Below, piece after piece: positions 1 to 10,400 of a DNA stretch of 64,000 nucleotides (its first letter is position 1; the number at the start of each line of letters is the position of its first letter). The stretch covers positions 23,870,001 to 23,934,000 of the forward strand of contig CM069159.1 of NCBI GenBank assembly GCA_035221665.1, written 5' to 3'. Both the position numbers and the translations under genes were made by a program. The notes below the pieces were generated by a model. It did not search any database, had not been told where the DNA came from, and was given only the letters and a program-made list of their open reading frames with translations. The DNA comes from Okamejei kenojei (lineage: Eukaryota).

Positions 1-171
1 TGGAGTAACTCAGCGGGTGAGGCAGCATCTCTGGAGAGAAGGAGTGGGCGACATTTCGGGTCGAGAACCTTCATCAGCCTGAAGAAGGGTCTTGACCCAA
101 AACGTCGCCCGTTCCTCCTCTCCAGAGATGCTGCCTCACCCGCTGAGTTACTCCAGCATTTTGTGTCTACC
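1..171. repeat. Palindromic Penelope-LTR-like repeat
   Basis: Arms tggagtaactcagcggg...cttc(a)tcag / ctgaagaaggg...cccgctgagttactcca are reverse complements. Confidence 0.7.
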
Positions 172-356
172 TTATATCTGAGCGATCTCTGCACCTCACC
201 AGTAATAGCATCCATAATGTAGAATAAATTTAGTTGAGGTTGTTAATCTCCGTGGTCAAACAATGAAAGTCAGAGTTTCAAGGTACAGCAGGTTCTTATC
301 TCCATTTAATTAAGAGTTACTGTGTCAAACGGTCAGACAACACCAGCCTGTCCTAC

Positions 357-488
357 CTCGTTGAATCCTGACTTTGGGTGGGCTGGCAGCACAGTAAACG
401 GCCAAAGCGATGAGAAGTGTGGCGACAAGGTCTCCAATCACAAGCCCCGCCATGGTCCCTGAATCAACTTCCACACAATTCCGACAAG
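357..488 (-). CDS. CD3 gamma/delta-like unit A, transmembrane exon
   Basis: 132-nt phase 1/1 exon (ttttcag|...|gtagga) encoding (A)CRNCVEVDSGTMAGLVIGDLVATLLIALAVYCAASPPKVRIQR. Has the CxxCxE motif and an acidic TM residue typical of CD3 gamma/delta. ITAM exons would lie left of the window. Confidence 0.9.
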
Positions 489-542
489 CTGAAAAAAGGA
501 TTGAACAGAGTAGATGAGAGATTAAACAGAAGTCTAAATCTA

Positions 543-1365
543 AGGGCGGTATGGTGGAGCAGCCATAGAGTTGCTGCTTTACAGCGCTAGAGAACCGGGT
601 TCGATCCTCTCCACGGGTGCTGTCTGTATGGAGTTTGTACATTCCAAGGTTAATTCCCGGGATGGCGGGACTGTCATATGCTGAGAGAATGGAGCAGCTG
701 GGCTTGTACACTCTGGAGTTTAGAAGGATGAGAGGTTCTCTCATTGAAACATATAAAATTGTTAAGGGCTTGAACACGCTAGAGGCAGGAAACATGTTCC
801 CGATGTTGGGGGAGTCCAGAACCAGGGCCACAGTTTAAGAATAAGGAGTAAGCCATTTAGAATGGAGACGAGGAAACACTTTTTCTCACAGAGAGTGGTG
901 AGTCTGTGGAATTCTCTGCCTCAGAGGGCAGTGAAGGCAGGTTTTCTGGATGCTTTCAAGAGAGAGCTAGATAGCGCTCTTAAAAATAGCGAAGTCAGGG
1001 GATATGGGGAGAAGGCAGGAACGGGGTACTGATTGGGGATGGTCAGCCATGATCACATTGAATGGTGGTGCTGGCTCGAAGGGCCAAATGGCCTACTCCT
1101 GCACCTATTGTCTATTGTCTATTGCCTTTTGTCTATTCTCCCCATGACCGCGTGGGTTATCTCCGGGTGCTCCGGTTTCTTCCCACACTCTAAAGACGTA
1201 CAGGTTTGTAGTAGGTTAAGTGGCTTTGGCAAATGTGCATAGGATAGTGTGTATAGGATACACACTATACTGGTGTGTGGGATAATGCTAGTGTACGGGG
1301 ATCGCTGGTCGGCGTGGACTCAGTGGGATGAAGGGCCTGTTTCCACGCTGTATCTCTAAACTAAA
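543..1365 (+). mobile_element. HE1-like tRNA-derived SINE interrupted by a CR1/HER1 LINE 3' fragment (about 645-1133)
   Basis: tRNA A/B-box head (ggttcgatcc). The SINE body is split at gtacATTC...ATTCtcccatgacc around a CR1 tail (LGLYTLEFRRMRGSLIETYKI) ending in (ctattgt)n. Confidence 0.85.
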
Positions 1366-1489
1366 CTCTCTTTACTCTTCAAAACATATGTTAAACCAGT
1401 GAAAAAGAATGGATGCAACAACAAGCTGAAGGTGAATCACTACATTCTCTCCTTGTCCCTCGTAGGTGCAGAACCTCACCAAGGCACCC

Positions 1490-2235
1490 AGAACATGTTG
1501 ACAACAATTGGTAAAAAGAGGACCCTTAACGGCATTGATGTACAGAGGGATCGTGAAATTCAAGTCCAGAGTTTGCTGAAAGTAGTAACGTGAGTAGATA
1601 GAGTGTTAAAGAACGCGTATGTTATGCTTGCCTTCATCAGTCAGTGCATTGAGTCGAAGAGTCAGGAAGTCATGTTGCAGCTTCAGATAACTTTGGTTAG
1701 GCCGCATTTGGAGCATTATGTTCAATTCTAGTCGCACCATTACAGGAAGGATGTGGGGGATTTGGATGCGATGCACAGAGGTTAGCAGAATGCTGTCTGG
1801 ATTAGAGGTTATCAACTATAAGGAGAGGTTAGACAAACTTGCGTTGTCTTTTCTGGAGCTTTGGCAGCTGAGGGGAGACCTGATGGAAGGTTATAAAAGT
1901 GCGAGAGGCATTGATAGGGCAGACAGTAAGGCTCTTTTTTCCCAGCAATGAGATGTTAAACAATAGAGAGCTTTAAGGTTAGAGAGGTAAACTTTAAAGG
2001 AGATGTGCAGACAGGTTTTTTTACACACAGAACGATAGGTACCTGGAACACACTGCCAGGGTGGGAGTGGAAATAGATATGAAAGTGGCACTAAAGAGGC
2101 TTTAATATGGGCAGATGGAAATGCAGGGAATGTAGGAATATGGAGCAGGCACATTTAATGTGGCACCATGTTGGGCACAGACGCTGCGGGCCAAAGGGCC
2201 TGTTCTTGTGCTGTACCGTTCCACGTTCTATGTTC
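1490..2235 (+). mobile_element. Degenerate CR1 LINE 3' fragment
   Basis: Decayed LVRPHLE / LRGDLMEGYK RT C-terminus followed by the CR1 3' UTR. Confidence 0.75.
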
Positions 2236-3206
2236 TTCATTCGAGGTTCTTGACCATCATGGAGGAAATTGGAGGTTAATCCTTGGCTGACTGTGACACT
2301 GAGGTGCTGTGCAACTCACTGTTGTATGCCACCTCGCTCTTACCCAGCTTGAGCTCGGCTAATTCAACACATTGGACAAAATCTGGAACATTTATCATGA
2401 GTTTCATCTGTCAATGCCCAAGGGGAAGAAGAAGTGGTGATTTTATCTGTAGAAGGGTCTCGCCCCAGAACGTCACCCATTCCTTCTCGCCAGAGATTAA
2501 ATCAGCATCTGCAGTTCCTTCCAACACAAACAAGCCTTTTAGTGTCAGTATGACTAACAGCGTTATTGCTTGTGAAGTTTGCCTCATACAAATGGTTTGT
2601 GGTCTGATTAGATAGTTTCTACACAGACACAGCACAATCCCTGACGGGCTAACTGGTTCAAAAATATTGCTGTCATTAATAGCATTGAATTCAGTAGCGG
2701 TCAGTTATGCCTAACGCACAGCTGTGTCTGGACCGCATTGTGAGCTGAGTACGTTTTAGATAGTAGGTGCAGGAGGAGGCCATTCGACCCTTATTCATTG
2801 TAATCATGGTTTCGTCCGCTATCACATATCTCTTGACACTAAGAGCTCTATCCAACTCTTATTCTTATCTTCCAGGAAGCTTCCAGAAAGTTCCTGGCCC
2901 GTAATGTCACTTACCCAATCCTTCAGAGATGCTGCCTGACCTACTGAGTTACCCCAGCACTTCGGGTTTATTTTGTAAACCAGCATCCTGTGACCAAGTT
3001 TCTGTTTCTAAGGGGTATAAATGAACTAGGTGGGTTTTTATAACAACCCAGTGGCTTCAAGCTCATCGCTTTAATAGTGTTTGTTTTCTTAATCTATAGT
3101 TTTTAATTTTAGAAATGTTCTCATGTACATGATAAATGATTTTCATAAATGAGTCTCATGTAAATTCCTGTACTCCCGTGGTTTGATAGTCTAGGCTTCT
3201 ATGTTA

Positions 3207-3515
3207 AGGGCCTGTCCCACTGTACGAGGTAATTCAAGAACTCTACCGAGTTTTAAAAAAAAAATCAAACTCGTGGTAAGCACGTAGAATGTACGTAGCG
3301 GGTACGTTGGAGCTCGGGACATCACTTAGCGGCTCGTAATGCTAATGGCAGATACTCGGGAAATGCGGTAAGTTCGTGAAGATTTTTCAACATGTTGAAA
3401 AATGTCCACGAGAGCCCCGAGTACCTACGAGCGGCTATTACCGTAATTCTCCGAGTCTGAATTAGGGGAAACTCAGGTGAACTCTTGAATTACCTCGTAC
3501 AATGGGACAGGCTCT
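3207..3515. mobile_element. PIF/Harbinger-type MITE
   Basis: About 33-bp TIRs AGGGCCTGTCCCACTGTACGAGGTAATTCAAGA / TCTTGAATTACCTCGTACAATGGGACAGGCTCT; 3-bp TSD TTA at 3204-3206 and 3516-3518. Confidence 0.85.
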
Positions 3516-3574
3516 TTAGCAGTCAGGTAGCATGACCACCTTGTGGCAGACACTGTCGAAAGTCAGAAGAGATC

Positions 3575-3850
3575 AGCACAGCGGTGCAGTGGAAGAGGTG
3601 CTGCCTTACAACGCCAGAGACCTGGGTTCGAATCTGACTACGGGGGCTGTCTGTACGGAGTTTGTACATTCTCCCTGTGACCGTGTGGGTTTTCTCCAGG
3701 TGTTCCGGTTTCCTCCCACACTCCAAAGACGTACAGGTTTGTAGGTTAATTGGCTTCTGTAAATTGTCCCTGGTGTGTAGGGTTGAACTAGGGTGATCGT
3801 TGGTCGGCGCGAACTCGTTTCCACGCTGTATCTCTGAACTAAACGAAACT
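3575..3850 (+). mobile_element. HE1-like SINE
   Basis: tRNA head, gagtttgtacattctccctgtgacc core, (ctaaa)n tail. Confidence 0.85.
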
Positions 3851-3876
3851 AAAAAAATTTGTAATGTGTAACTTAC

Positions 3877-4056
3877 CTTTTATGAAGACAAAGGTAGAAT
3901 CTGAGGAACCAGAGCAGCCGTATTTCCCTGTGTCCGCATCAGTCCGTATTGTTCGTGAGGAGGAGGACGTTTCCTTGACATCGTCGCGGTAATTGATTGT
4001 TACATTCGCATTGCTACCACACTGGAGTTGGAGAGCTGATCCACTGGGTATGATCT
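3877..4056 (-). CDS. CD3 gamma/delta-like unit A, Ig-domain exon
   Basis: 180-nt phase 1/1 exon (ctttcttag|...|gtaagt): (K)IIPSGSALQLQCGSNANVTINYRDDVKETSSSSRTIRTDADTGKYGCSGSSDSTFVFIK. Two Cys plus DxGxYxC; splices in frame to the TM exon. Confidence 0.85.
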
Positions 4057-4309
4057 CTAAGAAAGGACAGAGTGAGTTTCATCTCTACAGCACCTTTCAT
4101 CACCTCAAGGAGCCTCAAAGCGCAGCACACTGCCAATGTGGTCACTGTCTTAATGTAGGAAACACAGTGACTAACGTGCCAACAATTATTTCTCTGGGCT
4201 CTGGTTTCTCATTCCTTTTCCACAAGTAATCAACCTCTCTGCCAACCTCCTCCCTCCTCACCCACCCTGCACAGGACCCAGCCTGAGACTGATCATCAAA
4301 TCGGCAAGT

Positions 4310-4680
4310 GTAAGGGGTTGGACAGGCTAGATGCAGGAAGATTGTTCCCGATGTTGGGGAAGTCCAGGACAAGGGGTCACAGCTTAAGGATAAGGGGGAA
4401 ATCCTTTAAGACCGAGATGAGAAAGACTTTTTTCACACAGAGAGTGGTGAGTCTCTGGAACTCTCTGCCACAGAGGGTAGTTGAGGCCAGTTCATTGGCT
4501 ATATTTAAGAGTGAGTTGGATGTGGCCCTTGTGGCTAAGGGGATCAGAGGGTATGGAGAGAAGGCAGGTACGGGATACTGAGTTGGATGATCAGCCATGA
4601 TCATATTGAATGGCGGTGCAGGCTCGAAGGGCTGAATGGCCTACTCCTGCACCTAATTTCTATGTTTCTATGTTTCTATG
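4310..4680 (+). mobile_element. Young CR1/HER1 LINE 3' end
   Basis: LDAGRLFPMLGKSRTRGHSLRIRG...FFTQRVVSLWNSLP; (ctatgttt)n tail. Confidence 0.88.
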
Positions 4681-5290
4681 TAAGAGCAATGGCACAACAG
4701 GTGATCTGAAACGCAAGGCCATAAGATGCAATCATTGTCCGTGTGCTTCAAGGCTGGAAGAAATTCAAGAGATTTAAATCTAAAGGGGAGCTGAACAACT
4801 CTTTGCTTCATGAGCTCTACCCATGCTCCATCCATCACAGTGGTAGGAATCCTACTAATGGAATGGGTTTTTGAACCCACTGATGCCATTGATTCATAGT
4901 CCACAGTTATAGTCAGTTCAATACATCTTCCCTTATTCTGTACAAATAACTTTTGGATCAGGAAGTGTTTGTGAAATATCCAACCACATTTGTACACTAA
5001 TCCCCAATCGCATTTCCATTTGGGTATTTGTACCTCCGTGCTAAAGGACATTATTGATGCCCATTTAATGATCCACTGATCTTGATGGGTGGCAATCAGT
5101 CTAATGCTTGTGGAAAGGATTAACTCCTTGTTCAGCTTTATCACTCAAACTCTTAAGAGTGTAAATAATCTATACTCTGCCATGTAATTATGAAAACATT
5201 GTTTCTGGTCCCTGTTGAAAGCAAGTTTAGCTCGAATAGTATCTCCTCAAAATCTAAGCGGCTCTTTATGATACTGAAAATATCACTTAC

Positions 5291-5311
5291 TTATCTGTGC
5301 CTCGCCGATCC
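5291..5311 (-). CDS. CD3 gamma/delta-like unit A, 21-nt mini-exon
   Basis: tattttcag|GG ATC GGC GAG GCA CAG ATA A|gtaagt = (G)IGEAQI(K). Same size and phase as the unit B mini-exon. Confidence 0.75.
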   Translation of the reverse strand, partial: GSARHR

Positions 5312-5402
5312 CTGAAAATAACAGAAATAGAAAATGAGTCACGGGTTTCATGGGTCATGGGTCATAGTTCACAACCTTGAGTGAATAGCATATACTTTAC
5401 AC

Positions 5403-5810
5403 CAAAGATCCTAGAGCGAGAAAGATGGTCCACTCGAGAAAAAGACGTAGTACGGTCATGGGCAGATTCATGGGTAATTTATCGGCCCCATTCCCGTAAC
5501 CGGCTTCCGTCTCCGCACCAAACATCCCGTAGCGGAGCAAAGATACCTGTGCGGAGACGGAAGCCGGTTACGGAAACATCCTCCTAAAAATAAAAGTTAT
5601 TTGGTAAAAATATTCTCCTCATTTTCAGAATTATAATTTATTAACACAAACTGTTCCCCCACGACGTTGATTACACTGTGAGTCGGGTCGGGTCGGGTCG
5701 GGTTACTGAAATGGAAGAAATAAAGCCCACGTTCCGCTCCGTTGCGCACTACACGTGAGCACATTGCATTTAGCAGGAGTGGTCTATCTTGCTCCACTAT
5801 AGGATCTTTG
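5403..5810. mobile_element. hAT-type MITE with internal hairpin
   Basis: TIRs CAAAGATCCTA...TAGGATCTTTG (imperfect to about 34 bp); 8-bp TSD CTTTACAC/CTTTACCC. Confidence 0.8.
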
Positions 5811-7039
5811 CTTTACCCTATCTCCATGAGAACAATGTGACCATCTTTCAGATCAATGTATTAGCTGGGTTAGGATGCCACATGTCGCACCCCTTGAGGT
5901 TTTATACCACCTCAATTGGTGAAGAGAGTAGTCAATTGACACCCATATTTCCATCTCCCGTACCATTTCCTCCCCCACGACATCCCACTCCCTACCCAAC
6001 TTTTCTTTGGCACAACTGCTGAAAATCTGCACATTTTATTTCACTATTTGAGAACGGCAGGGGAGAAAATCCAAGTAATTGCATACCTATTTTCTCAAAT
6101 TAATTGATGAGAAATTACTGGAGCTTTTGATTAACGAGTGAGGGACTGGAGTGTGAGAATGGACCAGCACGGATCTGCAAAGGGTCATGTTTGAGGACAT
6201 TGACTAAACACTTTTCAGAGGTAACTGAACTGGTGGTCAGGCAATGCCAACATATGTGGTTTATGTGGACTAGTAGAAGTCTTTTGATAAGAGATTGTGA
6301 GCCAAAATCTAAATGTATGGAACTGAAGACAATTTATAGAACTGGCTAAGCAGTAATGAGAGATCAAATGGGCAGGATTTGTTTGTGTTAGAACTTCATC
6401 AATTTATGGACTGTTTATGAACTATTAAACGCGGGATAGAAATACAATTGTATAAAACAGTGGCTTTTAAAGCAGTGTAGAAAGAACCAACGTAATTATA
6501 AAAAACTATTACTAATCTTAAATGGTCGCGTGAATTACTTGCAAATGAATTTCAACAGGCAAATTAACGATAGTTTTTATTGTATAGAATTGCCATTTTT
6601 CTAAATGGTGAGAAATCCAAAAACAGTCAGGTCCAAATAGACTGGTGTAGGATAGAACAAAAAATTAACAAAATAGTGTAATGCGATATTGGTCCAAATA
6701 TTAGGGGAGGCATAACAATGGGGGAATTTAGACTCCAACAGTGCAAATGTCCAGTTAGCTTATACTCAGTGTATTATGTTTCCTCCTGTATAATGCACCA
6801 TGGTGAACATGTATGGACATTGAACAGACCATTGTGCAGATTACCAGAACATTATCGAGTCTAACGGTTAAATGGCGAGAGTGTATGACAGATTTTCCTG
6901 GAATTCAAAAAGTGTATAAATGACCATCGGTGCTGGTTAGACATTAATATTAAGCTAAGATTAATTTAGTTGTAACATTTAAAATCAAGGGCTATGAGGA
7001 AAAGAGAGGCATATGGAATCACACCATGTTCCTGTTATA

Positions 7040-7410
7040 CCTTACGGAAAGGTACAACAGGCTTGGATAGAGTGGATGTGGAGAGGGTGTTTCCACTAGC
7101 GGGAGAGTCAAGGACTAGAGGTCATATCCTCAGGATGAAAGGACGTTCCTTTAGGAAGGAGATGAGAAGGAATTTCTTTAGTTAGAGAGTGATGAATCTG
7201 TAGAATTCTTTGCCGCAGATGGCTGTGGAGGCTGTCAATGAATATTTTTAAGGCAGAGATAGATAGATTCTTGATTAGTACATGTGTCAGGGGTTATGGG
7301 GAGAAGGCAGGAGAATTTGTTTAGGAGGGAAAGATAGATCAGCCACAATTGAATGGTGGAGTAGACTTGATGGGCCGAATGGCATAATTCTGTACCTATT
7401 ACGTATGACC
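7040..7410 (+). mobile_element. CR1 LINE 3' end
   Basis: GLDRVDVERVFPLAGESRTRGH motif and 3' UTR. Confidence 0.8.
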
Positions 7411-10400
7411 TTTTGATCCGGGAGCTATATGATATTTACTCTGAAATCCTTAACTTCCTAAGTGTTTGGGACAAGACGCTAGCGAGTGTAAAGCAATGGT
7501 GCAGTGTATCTAACATCTAGTTTAGTTCCCTTACATGTACTATGTGAATATAACAAACATTTCACTGCCATGCTCGTTTGATGATTAGATCATATTTCAG
7601 TTGTAACACCAAACAAAATACAAGGTTGCTCTTTGAAATTTCTGTACGGTACGGGAGTATTGAATGTCATTTAGCTGCTCATTTGTAACTTTTACACCAT
7701 AATGTCAACATTACATCCTGTAATATTTTTATTTATTTTTTTAAATTTTCTTTATTAGAAGTAATGTACATTACAATGATAAGCCAAAAATAACATAATA
7801 CATTTCCTGTACCACTTCTTATTTTATACTTTAAGAAGAAGATTAAGAAGAATAGAGAGAGTTAGATAGGATAGTAAGTGCGTGAAAGAGTGATCAGGAA
7901 GAACCCGTAGAAGCGTAAGACACAAGAAAGACTAAAAAAGAAAAACAAAGGAAAAGAAAGAAAAAAAAATAGAAGAGAAAATAGAAGAAAGTAAAATAAG
8001 CTAAGATAAAAGGGATGTACCTACTTCGTATCTTTACACACCCCTCACCAGGTCCTGATACCATTTACCATCCCGTAAATTTATGAGCGCACAGAATGAA
8101 TTATGTGAACATCATGCAGAGCAGCAGAGCAGCACGATCAAAGTGGTTGAAAGAGAAATGCCAAGCAGCAACAGAGGTTGAAGGGATAATGTTCTTCGGC
8201 ACCTTTCATTCAAGATGTCGCAATGTGCAATAGCATCAATGAGGGACTTCAGAAGAGAGACTGCGCAGCAAAATCATTAAAAAATATTTTAAGGTAACAA
8301 AACAACTTCAAATGTCGAAATAAGTTAATTTCAGAAAGATTGAACCATCGCTTTTCAATGAAAGTTGGCACGCAGGCAATAGATTAACCCTTTCCCTACG
8401 GGATACCTGGCTGGTAACGAGCTGGGTTTATCTGAAGGCGGGTGAGAGGACCTCGCTTGGTCGCCGTCTTGGAAGACGAAGGTGGAGATTAGAGGCTGAT
8501 AGGTGAGCGCTAACTGACTTTATCAACCAATCAGCCATGAGCTGCTCTTATCAGTGGTTTCTCTGATAAATATATTTAGAAGCAGCAACAGTCAAACCCT
8601 CCTTCGCAAAAAGAAGTGAATGAGTTCAAGTCTTCATTTCGAGCAAATAAATTGTCAATTTAATGACAAGTTAGATGCTAACGAAAGATTTATAATCCAG
8701 TTCTGTCATGGCCTCTGGAGGTTCCAGAGTCAATGAAATACAAAGCAAATATATAGACATGATGTTCGAAACACAGCAGCCAATTTCAGTACAACAAAGG
8801 CCCAAGGACATTCATGTGACAACGACGAGGGATTTTTTTAACACGATGCTCGTTGAGGAATACTTATCGTCAAGAAGGTGGGGAAGATTAAATTTCCAAA
8901 AGGTCATGGAATCTTTTAACCCCATCATTGTGGACTAAAAGAGTCAAGAGTGTTTAATTGTATTACCTACCGACAACGGAACAATGAAATTCTAACCTGC
9001 AACAGTATAATAGGCCGGTAAACACAATACACAGATGGCATATAATAAACAACAATTCAATAACCACAATGCCTGGTGCAAAAGAAAGCCCAAAGTCATT
9101 AGTGCAACCAAAGACAGTTCATAGTTGGGGTTAGCGTGTTTACTGCAATGTAGTGGTCAGATTACTGCTACAGCAAAGAGGGAGTGCCTCCAAAAGGAGC
9201 TGACTGGCGCAGCAGGTAGAGCTGCTGCCGCACAGCCCCACAGACCTGGGTCCGGGTGCTGTCTGTGCAGAGTTTGCACGCTCTCCCAGTGACCACAGAG
9301 GCTTCCTCCCATGCACGTTAATCTTCCCCTATAAAATTGTCCCCAGTGTGTAGAGAGTCGATGATAAAGTGGGATGGGTGCCTGGCATGCCTTGATTAGT
9401 TGGAGCATTGAGTATAAGAGTCAGGAAGTCATGTTACAGCTTTAGACAACTGGTGAAGCCACATTTGGAGCGTTGTGTGCAGTTCTGGTTGCCTCTGTAC
9501 AGGAAGGATGTGGGGAATGAATAGGTGATCAGTGGTCAGTGTGGACTTGGTGGGCTGATGTGCCTGTTTCCATGCTGCTTCTCTGAACCAAGAAACTAAA
9601 AGACTACCTCAGAACCGCGCTGGACTGTCAGCCTGGAATCAGGACTCAGGTTTCTGTCATGAGGAAACTTATGACATTATTTTCAGTACAAAGCGGGTCC
9701 CCTTCTTTAAGTCTCGGCATTTAACACGTCTCAACGTAATTATCCGCTGATTCCATTTAAATTTGCACGACTGGTGGCAGCTAATTATTACAGCATCATC
9801 GGTGCAGCAGTTGGGGGTAAATTCTCATTGAATTCTGCCTAAACCATCCAGAATTCTAAGAAAGTGTAAGGTAAGGGCAGCAGGAGGCCGTCAGAAGGTC
9901 TGCACGTCCGTGCAGTCGTTCAGTAAGATCAGCTTCAATGCTGTTTTCTTTGTCACATGCACAACTGCTCAATGACTGCGGAGATCTGCTCTGCTCCCTC
10001 TCTTTTTATTCAAGAAATTATCATCAAATTTGTCAATAAATCATAATCTGATGATTAGAGTTTCTTTGACCCATGGTTCTGTATTTCCCAGCCAAGGAAA
10101 AGCCTCTTCTCGTTCTCCAGAAATCCAGAAATAAATTCTTGGGAATATTGACCTTGTCACTTGTTGGTTTGTTTTTGCCTTGAACCAATCCATGCTAATG
10201 TATTACCCTACTTCCATGGTCCTAGTTTTGTACAATATACTTACTTCATCTCACGAAGCACCATCAACTTTATATTTCAGTCAGTATGAGGGATGAAGAG
10301 CTGTAATCGTGAATCAGTGGCTTATTTTAAGAATCTCATGGTATCTTCTTGAATGGTTTTCAAAAATTCCAATATATTACATTTACAGGTTTATTTAATT

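Noticed and set aside
543-612. tRNA-like sequences (also near 3575, 39005 and 41876)
   Set aside because: They are SINE heads that run directly into the HE1-like core.
325-831. 168-aa ORF as a single-exon gene
   Set aside because: Chance fusion of antisense CR1/SINE sequence with the 132-nt CD3 TM exon.
4668-5144. 158-aa intronic ORF
   Set aside because: Non-ATG start, no recognisable motif and no supporting splice structure.
7535-7571. Candidate unit A leader exon MAVKCLLYSHST|gtaagg (phase 1)
   Set aside because: Only 37 nt, no hydrophobic core and no good acceptor. Other candidates near 6000, 7610-7670 and 11940 also failed on phase or hydrophobicity.
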